Shown here piece after piece: positions 44,651 through 58,620 of a DNA stretch of 64,000 nucleotides. Positions within the stretch are counted from its first letter, which is position 1, and every line of letters begins with the position of its first letter. The position numbers were made by a program, and so were the translations under genes. This DNA is from Hydrolagus affinis (lineage: Eukaryota), in NCBI GenBank assembly GCA_012026655.1, contig JAAILG010000020.1:124001-188000 (forward strand). Reading direction: 5' to 3'. The notes under the pieces are model-generated. The model was not told the origin of the DNA, made no database searches, and worked only from the letters and a program-made list of their open reading frames with translations.

Positions 44651-45595
44651 GGTGAGGCATACATTCATTCCTTTACACACATTCATTCTAATTTACACAC
44701 ACTCACATGCACATATGCTCATTTTCCACAAGCACATAACTATTTACCCACATGCACATAATACACTAAGCCAATCATGAAATTTGTACACACTCACTCA
44801 AGTATCCCATATTCATATGTAACACAGCCAAACATCTGTTACAAAATTCTGCAATGACATGTAAGGCTGTAACACAATAAAAAAAAGTAGATTTATAAGC
44901 TGTAATGCTTTGATAATGTTTTAAATGTTCTAACATAACATTTTTCGTATGAGAGGGAACTAGAATTAGTCAATGATGGAATGTTGCTGCAAGACACAGA
45001 ATCGGAGTGAATTTCACATGATGGTGAAAGTGTCTGTCTACTGTTTATAGAGAAACCCAGCCTATTCGGGAGGGCAGGAAGAAGGGGGATGGGGAGGTGG
45101 GAAGAGTTGGGAGGTTTGTGAGGTCTGTCTGGGGTTGTACTGGATTAAACAAGACAGGACAGTAATTTATGATGCTGCTGACTGATGAAGCAGCTTGTCT
45201 GTAATCAATGATCAATGGGACATGAAGTTGGTCCTCAGTCCAGCCAGCCAAAGCCCTGATGTATGTATGACAGTCATGGATTACCAATTATGGCGGCCTG
45301 CTGTTACCTTTTGTATGCGTTTGGATGCAGCATCAGCATCAACATTCCTGAATAAGGTACAGCTCACCGTGGTCACACACAGAATAAAGCTCCTGTTAAG
45401 TTGCCAACACCTCAGAAGAGTGGTTGGTTGCCTATGATAATTCTGCTCTCATGAATGTCTGCCCACAGATCCTACACGCCTTTGTGTGAGATAGACAATT
45501 CAGTGCCAGCATGCGACAAACGATGGCCAGTTTGTGCTCAGGGCTGACACCAGCCAGTGAGTCACTGGCAACAAATCCCTTTAGAATCTTTTAGT

Positions 45596-45946
45596 ATAAT
45601 ATAAAATATAACTCTTACATTTGATATAGTGCCATATCACGCTGTTGATGCATGTCAAAGCGATTCACAGAATAGAGTAAGCTCACAAAGTAGATTTTGT
45701 GAGTGAAACGCAGCATTCAATTGTGCAAAGCAGTGTCTGACAAATAGTTGTGGATTGAGTGACCATATTTAAAAAAAATTGGGGGGGGGGATTATTACCC
45801 CCGGAAACCTATCTGCCAATTAACTAACAACCGGGTTCCTACTTACTACTGTACTAGGTAAACAGAGTTGCCTAAGTTCTTCCCCAGCCAAGAATTGAAC
45901 CTGGGTCCTCCCACACGAGGTGACCATGTTAACCATAGGACTCCAC
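45596..45946 (-). mobile_element. tRNA-derived SINE, long form
   Basis: Head gtggagtcctatggttaac...cccaggttcaattc, the ctctgtttacctag...gtaggaacccgg block and the shared tail. Confidence 0.8.
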
Positions 45947-46269
45947 ACAAGTGAACACGGAGAGTCGATTCATTCCACCAACCCCAGTTACAGAGACAGC
46001 AGTGCCGTGCCGTGATCATTCTGAGTGAGATCCCCCACCTCCCCCCCAAACCCTGTCTTTCACACCTGCTCCCCTCACCCTACGCTCCAATGCTTTCCCA
46101 GTGTGAGAGGGTGTCAGATGATAAAGTGATGAGTGAAGGTATCTGAGCTGAATTTATATTAAAGCTACATTACCTAAGGTGAATGTGATCTGATAAATTT
46201 TTAGACTTACGTTCTTCAGGATGCTACTCCACCTGAAGGCCGCTGTATAAATGTAAATTGTCGTTATCA

Positions 46270-46500
46270 GCCTTCCTGCCCCCCCACCCGATAGAACTCC
46301 ACCCCAGATTCTCTTCTCTTTGCTCCCTCCCTGGCCTCCTTCAAGACGCGTCTCAAAACCCTTTTCTTTGACCGAGCCTTTCACCACCCTCCTACCCTTC
46401 CTGCCCTGCACCCTCCCCAATCCCGACCCCGAGCTCGGGTCAAGCCCCTGACTGTCTTGAGCCTTGGGAAGTTCTCTCGACAGGAAAGGCACTACCCAAA
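46270..46500 (+). mobile_element. L2 3' end fragment
   Basis: cctccttcaagacgcgtctcaaaacccttttctttgaccgagccttt...gacaggaaaggcact. Confidence 0.7.
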
Positions 46501-46759
46501 GGTAATATTGTATTGAGTTTTTACACTAGAGTCAAACACCAATTTCCCTGGAATGCTTGATTTAACAGTAATTTAAGACCTCTATGATCCATGTACAGAC
46601 AGAGCCCTGGATTCCGTTCAGGACTGTCTGAAATGGATTAAATCATTATAGATTGAGACAAAGCAATCCTAGTGAAACAACACGACCACGACAACTTCCC
46701 ACTGGGGAACATCCTTCCCTGGGAGCGGGGGAACCATCGGAGTCACTGTGGTCTTCTAA

Positions 46760-47140
46760 TGTCTTCAAATCCCTCCACTCCTCTGCAACCCCTACCTCGC
46801 TGACTCCTCTCTCCTCAAACAAACTCCCGCTGCCTTCGCTCCATTGGGTCTGGCCTCCTCCATGTCCCCTGAATCCTCCGCTCCACCCTTGGCGACCGTG
46901 CCTTCAGCCACTATGCCCCGAGGCTCTGGAATTCCCTTCCTCACTACCTTCGCCTCACCTCCTCTTTTCTCAGCTTCAGGTCCCAGCTGAAGACCTTTCT
47001 CTTCGACCGCACCTTTGGTCACCTTTCTACCCCTGCCCCTGGCTCGGTCCTGGGATCCGCTATTGTGAAGTACTCTGAGACACCGTCCGGCGTGGAAGGC
47101 GCTATATAAATCAAAGTTGTTGTTGTTGTTGTTGTTGTTG
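46760..47140 (+). mobile_element. L2 3' end with a (GTT)n tail
   Basis: ggcgaccgtgccttcagccactatgccccgaggctctggaattccc...gtggaaggcgctatataaatcaaa(gtt)8. Confidence 0.9.
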
Positions 47141-48064
47141 GTCATTCACCTCCTCGTTCTGGCCTGAGTGTATCGCGGTGGCTCATCCATTTGCCCTCAG
47201 AAAACACTCACTACACTTGACAGTAATTACCATAAAAAGAACTTTGAGATGATTCAGCGGCACCTATCCATGTCAGACTGGCTCAGTCGGTCATGCTCTC
47301 ACCCTAGTGTCAGAAGGTTATGGGTTCACGTCCCACGCTGGGACTTTAAATTCATCAACTGGGGGGAATGCTGCCTTGTCAGAGGTGCGATCTTCAGCTG
47401 AAATGTTAAGACGAAGATCCCACAAACCAGACACGTCCCATAAAGACCTCAAGCAATCTCCTGGCAGTCGCAGACCGAGGCAAGCCTGGACTGTCAAAAA
47501 ACAATGCGACATTCTTTCAAAACACTACTTTGCCTCCATGTGAAAGCTAAAGCATTATTCAAAGCTAGTCAACACCTGGACTGCCAAGCTGCCACAGGCC
47601 AGAGATGAGAAGGATTGCAAAGAAAAGAGTTTAAAATTCCCACCATCTATCATCTCTATAATGGTCTGATGGATCTCGTGAAAAATTGTCTCCGTAGAGG
47701 CTATCATTGGCCTAATCCATTCAGCAACTCAGTCAATCATCAACGCTGAAGGGAATCAGGACAGAAATGGCTCGAAGAAAATCCTTATGGAATGCCACAA
47801 GATTAGGGAAAACAATCCTACTCTGCAGCAAATTCCTCTGTAGAAGTACTGCAACGGTGAGAGAGTGACACAGATCCCTCGGTCACGTCCTCCTTGTGTA
47901 CCTATGGGGTAGCCTATCCCGATGAAGTATTCCATAGTTGGCCACTAGGAGGTGGCCAAGCACTGTGCCTCATATACCCTACCCTCCTGGGTTCCTATGG
48001 TTCTCACAATGGTTTTACGGCTGCCATGTGGGAATATGTTTGTAACCACCAAGCTACACCAACA

Positions 48065-48420
48065 TGAAGTGATCAGCTACTCGACTCGCAAGGGTTCGAT
48101 CCGCAGCGGGGGAAACCTTAGGCAAGCTTCCTTATTCCACAAGTCTCTGTTTACTTAGCAGAAAGTAGGAACCCTGTTGTTAGTCGAGCGGCGAATCGCT
48201 TTCTGTGGGTAGGTAATATTCCTTCAAAAAAACAAAATCGATCCCGCAATCCATGAGTGTTTGTGAGACGCTGCTGAGCACAATTAGCTACTGCGACTCG
48301 CTCACAAAATACAGTCAATTCACGTTACAGTACATTCTGTGAACGCTTTGAGACATCTAAATGACATGATTTGGTGCTTATCAAATGCAAGGATTATTAT
48401 AACAACATTATTATTTATTT
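48065..48420 (+). mobile_element. tRNA-derived SINE, long form
   Basis: B-box gggttcgatccg, ctctgtttacttagcagaaagtaggaaccc block, tail atcaaatgcaaggattatt. Confidence 0.8.
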
Positions 48421-49444
48421 ATTATAATAAACTTGCACTTATATTGTGCCCTTCACATAGGATAATGTTTGGAAGCAAAGCACAGTGGACAGGGTCTGAG
48501 GGAGAAGCGAGCGAGAGAGTTAGAGATAGAGGTGGTCATAGGTGCAGTCAAAGAGGTAGCTTTTAAGATGAGCTTTACAAACAGATAGTGCTGGGTCGAG
48601 GCAGAGGGATAGATGGAGGCTATTTCAAATGCAAGCATTAATGTTATATTTGGGTTGGTTCGGATTATAAATTGCAGGCAGGAGAAAGAGGAAGAAAACT
48701 CAGCAAATTTCTTGCACAAACGCTTTCTCTCCCCAAAACAACAACAACAAAATTGCACTTGTACTTATATAGCGCTTTTCACGTCGGGAGGATGTCCCCA
48801 AAAAACCTGTATGGGTGATGTCAGTGTTATTGTCTAGGTATTGATCAGCAACACAACACTGCGGTGAGGAGGGGAAGGGAGAGGAGAGAAGAGAATAGGA
48901 GAGGAAAGGGGGGAGGAGAGGTAGGGTGGGAGGAAATGGGAGAAAGGCAGACAAGAGAAGAGTAGAGAGGGGGAAGAGAGCAATTCATATTCTATTTGAT
49001 CCACATGCACATGAATGCTTTCAGCTGCCCAAGTGTATGGGATGGTCTGACAGTATCTGACAGGGTTTGACAGGCCCTTCTCTGCTACATTAAAGTTGAT
49101 TTTATTCTACATGCTACAGTTGAGATCTGATAGACATCTCAACGGTTTGCCAGCAAAGGCCTCTGATTGCCCCCAGAGTCCTTGGCTCACGTTCCCTCCA
49201 GTGGGAATAGCTATGGAGATGGATGTGATGAAGAGTTATGGCTGATCAGAAACCAATCTACAGCTTCCTCTGATTGTAGAGTGGGTAAAGGCAGCACAGA
49301 GCCACTCACAGCAACCTGAACACAGGCCGCTGATCTCAGCCAGGATTACACTTCAAACTTCCTGAGACAGAAGAAGGGAAAACCTCGGCCAGAAACGTGT
49401 GAGGACGACCAATTTACACCTGAAACATCAGCAGGTTCTATATG

Positions 49445-49464
49445 CACAGAGCGACCTCACCACA

Positions 49465-49496
<32 letters not shown>

Positions 49497-49641
49497 ACGA
49501 CTTCACCCCCACCCCACACAGACACACAGACACACACACACACAGCGACTTCACCCCCACAGACACACTGCAACCTCACCACCCCACACACACTCACACA
49601 GCGACCTCACCCCACAAAACGCACAACAACCACCACCACAC

Positions 49642-49682
<41 letters not shown>

Positions 49683-49705
49683 CGACATCGCCCACACACA
49701 GTGAG
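49445..49705. repeat. (CA)n-based compound minisatellite
   Basis: CA runs interspersed with about six CAGCGAC(C/T)TCACC-like motifs. Confidence 0.9.
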
Positions 49706-49834
49706 GGGAAGAGCGAACAGACAGGAGGGTAGTCGGCTCAGCATGTCCCCAGTTATTTTGGCTTTTATTTTCTTTGGCAGATACAGAGGTAAGGGGTATC
49801 AGAGGTAATAAATAAACAATGTGTTTTTACAATA

Positions 49835-50060
49835 AATAATAATCATCCTTGGATTTGATATAGCGCTTTTCACATCTTATCGACATCTCAAAGCGCTTCA
49901 CAGAATATACTGTAAAGTGAATTGACTGTATTTGTGGGCGAAACGCGGCAGCCAATTGCGCACAGCAGTGTCCCACACACACACAGTCGTGGATTATTGT
50001 TTTTTTGGGATGGATTATTGTTAGGCTTGTGTGTGGAGTAAGAAAACTTGCCCAGGTTTT
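49835..50060 (-). mobile_element. tRNA-derived SINE, short form, head lost
   Basis: gatttgatatagcgcttttcacatc...gaaacgcggcagccaattgcgcacagcagtgtccc...gtgtggagtaagaaaacttgcccagg. Confidence 0.8.
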
Positions 50061-51534
50061 GTTCGGGTGGTTGGGGGAGGAGGGGGGGGTGGGGGAGGTG
50101 GCAGTGGGAGTTTGTCTTGTGTAGCAATCCTGGAAACCACTTATAATAAAGCCTGTGAAGTGCTTTGAGACGTCTAAATGACAAGATAAGGTGCGGTATC
50201 ACATGCAAGTACTGTACTACTATTATTATGGTCACTGACTATCACTAGCTTTAGAATATCTGGGAGTGCCATTGTTTGGCTTGTAGCCTTGCTGAGCAGC
50301 GAGAAAACTAATTCCTCTCCTTGGTTATTCCTCCCCATCTTTCCTCAAAGCTCTGAATCACTCAGTGTCGGGGTCAGTGACATTCAGTATCTCCCCCCGA
50401 TTATCCAGGCTTCCGCCTTGTGATTCTTGACAGAGGGTGACAGGGAGGGGCACCGCAGCTGAGCCCAGTCCTGCCCTTGCAGTGGGGAAAAGTGTTAGGA
50501 AGCGGGACACCCGGCTGAATTTAGCTCATTGAAACGTAGGTCAATGGGAAAGTCACTCCCTGTATGTGTGAGACCAGCAAAAGCAGCCCAGACCACGCGT
50601 TGGAATCTGCGACATTTCTGCTCTATGTGTCTAGTCACGAGAGGGTTTCGGACGTGGGAAGCCATTTGACACATTTGATCTTATCCTTCCAGAATATCCA
50701 CCCTAAATCTTCCCATTACAGCATCAAGCTGTTTCTTCAATGTGTTCAGCCTTGTTTCTAGTAATCTATTCCAGTTGTTCATTACCCTCTGTGTGAAGAA
50801 ATACTTCTGCTGCAATTAGTCAGCCCCTATCCCTAACCTGCTCCACCCAGTAACGTTTCAATCCCAAATGGGCATCCAGGCCTATGGCAGGCAGAAAGGA
50901 GCTAATCCCAAACTACCCCACGATCGCCTCCAAACCCCAAGCACCTGACGTAAAGATTGGGTAGGATAATAAAAATAATCCTGGCATTTGATCATGTCAT
51001 TGAATCAAATCGCTTCATAGAATATACTGTGCGGTGAATTGACTGTGTACAGCAATACAGTATGAAGCAGGAATGAGGTGAGATCCGAGTGTAGGAGGTT
51101 TATCCATGTGGAACTTCTGATAATAGACACATTTTTGTCTCTCTCTCTGAGGTTTGACGTCCTTGTGTTTCAACAAAACTCAGCGTCTGGTGTGAAACAA
51201 GCTAAATCCCGTTTTCCCACTTCTCTCCCGCACATCGAACAAAGTCTTGATAGTAACGGTTGGAACATCACAAAAGTACAAAGCAACCCAAGGAGGGAAA
51301 CGGGGGAGGAAATGGGGGTCAGTCCACAGGGTCCTGGGCTTCCATTCAGCCCACTGGGTCAGTGCCAGCTCAGCCTTTGATGTCAAAACACTGCTTCCCA
51401 CCCTCGAAAGCACAAGGCCAGGGAGTGGGAAACAACAGGCGTGGCGGGCAAGGCTGACATCTGCATTGTAAAGACTGCACACAGTTAGCAGCTGTGCCGA
51501 TGAACTGAAGAGATTTGCTCTCCCCTGTATAGTT

Positions 51535-51825
51535 GAGCCATCCGTCAGATGAGAAGTTAAACCGAGGGGCGTGTTCAGGTGGACGTTAAATGTTCCCATG
51601 ACACTATTCGAAAAAGAGCCGGGAATTCCTCGCTCCCGGCGTCCTGGCTAACAATTCCCTCCGCGCCCCACCCCACCACCAATAAAAACAGTCAGGACCT
51701 ATTTGTGGGATAATCGTGTGTGCAAATTGGCTGCTGTGTTCGCCCACAAAACTACAGTTTAAATTTGATCCTGTGTAGTGCTTTGAGGCATGTGAAAGAC
51801 ATTGCATCAAATGCGAGGATTATTC
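51535..51825 (+). mobile_element. Deu-domain SINE
   Basis: cagatgagaagttaaaccgagggg...ttcaggtggacgttaaatgttcccatgacactattcgaaaaagagc. Confidence 0.8.
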
Positions 51826-53029
51826 ATCATTTTATTCTGGACTAATTTCATGGCACGAGTTGAACAAAAGCAGGGGAGAGTTTAATAAAGTGCAAATGTC
51901 TGTAACACTGCGTCTTTTGGTGTAACTCACAATAGAGTTGTGTTAAAAGTCCCAGTGACAGGCAGCACCATTGCCAATAGTACCTATTGATTGCCCAGGC
52001 TACAGGTCTGACTATTACAGTGCCAAGGGACTCTGTAATTTACAACTCCAGACAACATATGGTGCTGAGGCTCCTGGACACTAATCCTCTTCCATCACCT
52101 GCTCGGTCCCTGCGCTGGTGGGTGAGTGTAGAGTTAATGGGCTGCTCAGGGTTACTGAAGCACACCTGCTGATTACAGCTCTAGCCTCCACTTACCTTAT
52201 CACTATCTAACTATATTGGTCTTCAAGAGGGAACCAGACAAATACCTAAAAAGAGTCAACGACAGGGTTGAAGCAAAGGTCAGGGAAATGCGACTGAAAG
52301 GATTGCTCTTTAGGGAGTGGCACGCAACTGATGGGCCAAACGTCTGCCTTTTGTGCCATAAATTTCGCTGGTTCTAAAACAGTTCAGACCAGTGTTGTAT
52401 GGGGGGAACCTGATTCCTGCTGAAGTCACTGGAGGGAGCACCAACTGTGACGTGTCTGAGACGTTTGAACCTGAGAGGCACAATCTAAATGCAAGCTGCT
52501 TCTCTAATCAGTTGCTCTCTTTCTAAATTTAATGCCTTTTCTTTGTAAAGTGTGGGAAAGCACTGACAGATAAAGAGCATTGCCATTAGCAGTACTATCT
52601 TACAAAACTTACTGTGCACTGATTGATACTAATATCGTGGATAATATCATGCGTCCTTTCCCATTGGACAGCATTTGGCAAACACTACATAGTGATTGCT
52701 AAAAACACATCAATGGGATTTTCTGTTATAAAGAATCAAAGATTTCTGTAGTCACTGAGAGTGAACTGAAACAACTCTACCCTCTCTGACTACCCACCTT
52801 GGGCTTATTCACACAATGAATGCTGGGCACATCATTAGGGGAATTGGGCTGGTAGTTTCCCATCGAAAGTATTGTCCATTGGATGAGATGTTAAACCAAT
52901 TCTGCCTGTTCAGTTGGATGTAAAATCTCCCCTAGCTCTATTCGAAAAAAGAAGGAATTTTCTGCTAATGTCCTGGGCTACAGAAAAAATTGATAAAATT
53001 GGTCGCTCACTTCATCACTTCATCTCACT

Positions 53030-53355
53030 TGAGATCGGCCCTGAAGGAGGTGAGGGAGGGTACGAGGTGAAGGGACTGTGGGATGGAGCTCCAGAGTGTG
53101 GGGGCAGAGAGGCTGAAAGCCCGTCCGCCAACAGTAGGGCGGGTTCGGCGGGGGACATGGAGCAGGCCGGAGCCCATTGAACAGAGGGGCTGAGGAGGTT
53201 CATAGGGGGACAGCAGGTCGGAGAGGTGGTGGGAGGTGTGGGCAAGGCCACGAATGGCTTTGAAAGTGAGGACAAGGATCTTTAATTCGATCTTCTGGGG
53301 GATGGGGAGCCAATGGAGCCGGGCGAGGGTGGGAGTGATGTGGTCGCGGCATTTG
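53030..53355 (-). mobile_element. L2 3' fragment adjacent to a Deu-SINE piece (52880-53020)
   Basis: Minus strand encodes RDHITPTLARLHWLPIPQKIELKILVLTFK..., then GGRAFS...LWSSIP. Confidence 0.85.
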
Positions 53356-54664
53356 GTGCGTACAACATCATTAGTATTTAAATTGGTTGGGTGGAATCTA
53401 TGATGGGGTGCCCACAGAGCCCGGGTGAAGTCTCAGCCACTAATAGTGGGATAGAATGGGTGTCACCCGTCCCGAACAATCACCATAATATGATGACTCG
53501 ATAAATAAATATCTGAGCTGATTAGATCAGAGAGATGTCAGGCTTTATGCCATTTTTCCATTGCAGCCTGTTTGAATTGGCTTTCACTGACCCTGGGCTA
53601 AAGAGGAGAAGGAGGGACTATCCAGCAACTGATTGCAATGCAGCCAGCCATGTAAGCATCTGTTTCTCTCCCGTTTCCCCCAATTCAAAACAGTGGGACT
53701 GAGAGGATTGGGTTTGGCTATGATGCCCTGTGTGGTTGGAGTGTTTGTGTGTGTGTGCCAGCGCTCACTCTGTGTGTGGGCTCACATAATCATAACAATC
53801 CTCACATTTGATCCTTTCACATCGGGGGTCTCAAAGAACTTCACGGGATTTACTGTAAAGGCCTAGTGATTGCGTGTATTATGTAAGCGAGCACAGCAGC
53901 CAATTTGTTCACAGCAATAAAAAGTGAATAACCAATCTGGAGAATTGTTGACCACGACACTGGGGAAAAACTCCCTTCTTATTTTTGAATAATGCTAAGA
54001 AATCTTTAACGCATTGCAGTATCAGTATAAGACTCCATGAATCCAAGTCCATGGGGTTTGAACCTGCAACCTTTTAACTTGGAGGCAAGAGTGATTTGAG
54101 GAGAAAAGTGAAAGAGCAGCAGAGAAATTGAGAGGAAAATATAACTGAAGAATTACGGAAATTAATTCAAATTGTTTAGAGATGAGTGCCCTTTGAGAAG
54201 ACATGTGTCTCTGTAACAAGACTTCTGATAACTATTTCATTACTCGAGTTGCAAAGAGCAAAATTATGCCAAAAAAAAGACTGAAAGGCGAGTGAGAGAG
54301 TTAATCTTCGCAGCAATTTATTGCATTGACCAATAATGTATAAAAAGGTTTCCTTCAGGTTTGCACCTAATCTTTTCCCTTCATTGCAACTGTCTTGCTA
54401 CAAGACAGTCTCTGGCTGCCCCCACCTTTCCTTCGTTACAGAGTACAGTATACAGTACTTTATAGTTTAGTATATTTTATAACTTACAGTATATTCTGTG
54501 AAGTGTTTTGAATCATCTGAATGACCCAGCCCTTGTGGTGCATAGCGAGCTGTCACAGAGACTGACCTGAGAGCGTGTGCCTCTCAGGAATGCCAATGTA
54601 AACCTGGCAACAGGTCTGCAAACTCATCGGGAGGGGAGGAAACTCTTTATTCTCTTTATTCTAT

Positions 54665-54920
54665 TTGCTCACTCTCTTTAATGCTCTCGCTCATTATTCC
54701 CCTCATTCAAACTCTCTCATTCTCTCCCTCACTTGCGCACTCCATCAATCTTGCTATCCCCCACCTCGCATGCGCTCTCTGAATCAACCCTCACTCTCTC
54801 TAACCCGCCCTCACACTCTATCCTGCTCTCACCCACCCTCGCATTCTCCTCCTCTCTCTATCATCCCTCTCACACTCTCTCAATCTCTTCCCCTCTCTCG
54901 CCCACCCCTTCCACTTCCAT
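54665..54920. repeat. CT-rich low-complexity tract
   Basis: ctctctcattctctccctcac...ctctctcgcccacccc. Confidence 0.8.
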
Positions 54921-55221
54921 CTGCACGTTGACAAAAGACAGCATACACAACTCAATAAGTGGAAATCTCTGTTGGACAGGGGCTGCCTTTAGTTCACAAC
55001 ACTCAGAGAGCAGGGAAGCTGTATGGCACAATAAGCAATAGGAAAAGTGTTTGAGGTCAGAACCATTATCTGGAAACCTGCTTGTAAAGTAACTCATGCT
55101 GAACATGCCCTCTGTTCAACACTCTGTGGCTGCAGTAGTGGAGAACTGATTTGTAGGCCAGGAAAGGAAAGATACAGACACACTGGGTGAAGTGAGAAAT
55201 CAATGCACTCTCATTGCCATT

Positions 55222-55610
55222 AAACAACAACAAAATTACACTTGTATAACGCCTTTCACGTCCCAAGACACTGGACAGTCATTGTTTCAGACCCGAGCTA
55301 GGGTAGAGGACCAAGACGGTGGAGGGAAAGGTGGGGATTTTGATGGGACCATCGGGACCGTCGAAGAGGATGTTCTTGAGGCGGGACTTGAAGAAGGCTA
55401 GGGAGAGGGGGGGCGAGGCAGAAGGACTGCGGAATGGAGTTCAGAGGTTGGGGGCAAAGTGGCTGAAGGCTTGCCATCCAATGGTGGGGCGAGTGACGTG
55501 GAGCAGGCCGGAGCCTGCTGAACGGAGGGGGTAGGCAGATTGGTAGGGGGTTAAGATGTTGCAGAGTTAGGGTGGGGCGAGGCCATGGAGGGTTTGGGGA
55601 GAAAAGACAG
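55222..55610 (-). mobile_element. L2 3' end with tail
   Basis: Reverse tail aacaacaacaaaattacacttgtataacgcctttcacg; body similar to the 15680 and 43720 copies. Confidence 0.85.
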
Positions 55611-57299
55611 TTGAGGATTGACCTAGGTTCCTGATTGGCTTGGTGAGGTTGAATGTGCAACCATGGAGGTTAAAGCTTCGGTCTTTGGGAATCAATAAGG
55701 AGGGTCTTGGTCTTTGGGAAACCACCTTTGGGAGCAATTCAAGGCATTATTATAAATGGTATGTTATAGAGAGACCATGTCACTGAGAGGTTATAAAAAG
55801 ATGTCTGCTTCTAATGAATGATATGTTTATAGTGAGTAAAGTGTTGTAAATGACTATCATATTTAATGAGGGATGTGCTATTGAGACAGAGCATTGTTAC
55901 AGAGCATTGTATTACACCAAGGGCCACATTACACTGAATGTATATCCCAGAGAGCTAGATGTTAAAATCTGCTGATCACAGAGAGACAGGCAGGGAGTGT
56001 TACCATGACTATAGTGAATACAATAATCCTTACACTCAATACAGTACCTCTCACGTCAGGAAGATGTCTCAAAGTACATCACAGGATCGACTGTGAAGTG
56101 GAATTGACTGTGTACCTTGCCAGAGTGTGAGTTGGGGTAACTGCTGGAATCTAACCAGCTAATTCCGCATTGATATCGCTGTCTGGCAAACTTCCTGCTG
56201 CTTGTCCAGCCAGGACCACCCTACCCGTCCGGGCTTTGGCTTGAGTAATAAGTGACCCTATATCACAGTTCTTGAAGTATGAGTAGTATTTCCCCCCAGA
56301 TGAATGAGTTTCGTACTGACTATGTTTACATCCAGTGTGTTTATTGTAAGTGTTGGATTAAGCTGCTAAATGGGGAGATGAACGGCAGCGTGTCTGTGTA
56401 CAAACGGAGGATTCAACATTCAGTTTCCAGAAAATACTGGGACGAATATAACATTTGTTTCTGAGTTAATTAGGCATTCATCAGGATTAGCCCCAGCCTT
56501 ATACATCACTGACAAGTCCTATTGTGTTAACAAGAGACAATTGATAGGATATTAAAGTGCGATGCAGTTTCCTTAAACCTATTCATCAAAAGATCACACG
56601 GACAAAAAAAAAGCAGCCAAGCACTTTGGGAGCAGGAGAAGTACAATCACAGCAAAGGAATATTTGTTTTCGCAGTGATTTGGAACTTAAAAGGGTTTCG
56701 GTGACTCGTTGTTACAAACTAGTGCTTTCTCTGGAGAGGTTCTGGATCACAGCTCGCTCTTATTTGACGTGGATGACAGTCAGAACTGGAGAATTATAGT
56801 ATAGGTTCAATGAAAAATGTGTTAAAACATTTCAGCAGATGGTCCCAGGAAATCGCTGGGGCTTTGGATGATTTAATTCGGTCATTCTGTCAGCTCATCC
56901 TTCACAGTTTCTCTGCAAAGCCTTTTCCTCCCAGCACCACATTATTCCCTATGTGGTCTTGGCCATGGGCTCAAACTCCAGCAGCAGCTTTCCCTTCACT
57001 CGCACACTGAAGAGGCGATACGTCATCCAGGAGCTCAAAGAGCATTGATAACAGGTAACCAGGTCTCTAACTGAACACAGGGAGCTTCTGTTTCCAACAA
57101 AATAATAATACATTTGATACAGCGCCTTATAATGTCATTGAGACATCTCAAAGTGCTTCACAGGGTATACTGCAAAGTGAATTGACTGTATATTTTGAGG
57201 GAGAAACGTGACAGCCAATTGCTCAAACCATGAAGTGAGTGACTAGTTTTTTTCTGGGAAATTGTTGGCCAGAACATTGGGCAATTTTTGCAACATAAT

Positions 57300-57715
57300 A
57301 ACCAGAGTAGGATATTCAGCCCTTCAAGCCTGGTCTTGCCATTCTATAAGATCAAGGCTGATCTTTTACCTCAACTCCAATTAGCCCTTGATACTTGCTC
57401 TTTTTCAACCATGACTTTGGTCACCCGCTTACCCCTCCCCCCCTGACCCCAACAGCAAGCCCAGATGTGGATCCCTGACTCTCCAGCCCATTGGGACATC
57501 TTCCTGACATGAAGTTCTTTACAAGTGCAATTTGTTGTTGATACACTGAGCTAACAAATATCTATCCACCTCAGTCTTGAATGGATCCAGCGTCCACAGC
57601 CTTTTGAGGGAGAGAGTTCCAGATTTCCACTACCCTTTGTGTGAAAAAGTACTTCCTGATTTCACTCCTAAATGTCTAAGCTCTAATTTTAAGATTATGC
57701 CCCTTGTTCTGGATA
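57300..57715 (-). mobile_element. CR1 LINE 3' end interrupted by an L2-tail fragment (~57400-57545)
   Basis: attcagcccttcaagcctg...aagatcaaggctgatct (reverse CR1 tail) and gagagagttccagatttccactaccctttgtgtgaaaaagtacttcctgat...ttaagattatgccccttgttctgg (reverse CR1 ORF2 end, RTRGH.LK...FFTQRVV). Confidence 0.8.
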
Positions 57716-58419
57716 CAATACATGCCCACATAGTGATTTTCTGAGAAGAAAATATCTGTAGAGAGAACGAAAGAGATATAGACAGGACTCAGTGACTAGG
57801 TTTGTAACCTACAGTACACCTGGAGAATAGGGTGGGCAATCTATTCAGTAGCTAGAAAAGCACAGTTCCCCCCTTCCCAGTCCAGGTAGCCAGGGTCGAC
57901 TGCTGAGGAGCTGGCGTCAGATTTCCCCTCACACAAAGGATGTCGTAACGTCTCTCCTGGGCTCTCCTGGGACCCGTCACTCGAGCACTACTTAACATCC
58001 AGAACCTGTGGTTGAGGGCAGCCATAGTGCTGGCATTTCCTACACTCCAGGCAGTGAAAGGTCTTGTTAATTGCGCAGCCACTTAAACAAACACTGAGCT
58101 GCAGCGAGAGCCCAGTGGTGAAGTCACTGCTTTCATTACATCACTCGCTCTATCCAGATAATCACACTGTGTATTCTCACTGCTCTCGTTACGGCTCACT
58201 AAAGCGGGTTCCTCCGCTGAGCAGCACATTCACAGCGCTCAGTGTAGGCTTTACCCACTTGCACTCCCACCACCCAAGTTGACCACAGGCTGATGGTCCA
58301 TCCCCTTTGTTCTCACTTGTCTTGCGTTTCCCATGGCAGCTCTAGCTCCCCAGTTGGTGGTGCGTAACTTGAGGAAACCATCATTTCCCTCAACATTGAA
58401 ATGCCAGAGATGCCTCAAA

Positions 58420-58620
58420 AACAGCAACAACTTGCATTTATACAGCGCCCCTAACGTAGGGCAGCGAATCAGACTGCTCAACAGTGGTGGAGCTTGACGC
58501 CAAGCCAGTGGGTGCAGAGGAGGCCATAAGTATGGGAAGAGGCAGGTTTTCAGGCCACTCTTGAAGATGGGGGAGGACGGGATAAGGAGGAGGGATTGAG
58601 GGAGAGTATTCCAGAACGTG
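58420..58620 (-). mobile_element. L2 3' end
   Basis: FWNTLPQSLLLIPSSPIFKSGLKTCLF followed by a gcgctgtataaatgcaagttgttg tail. Confidence 0.8.

Noticed and set aside
49399-49732. His/Thr-rich ORFs
   Set aside because: Translation of CA repeats.
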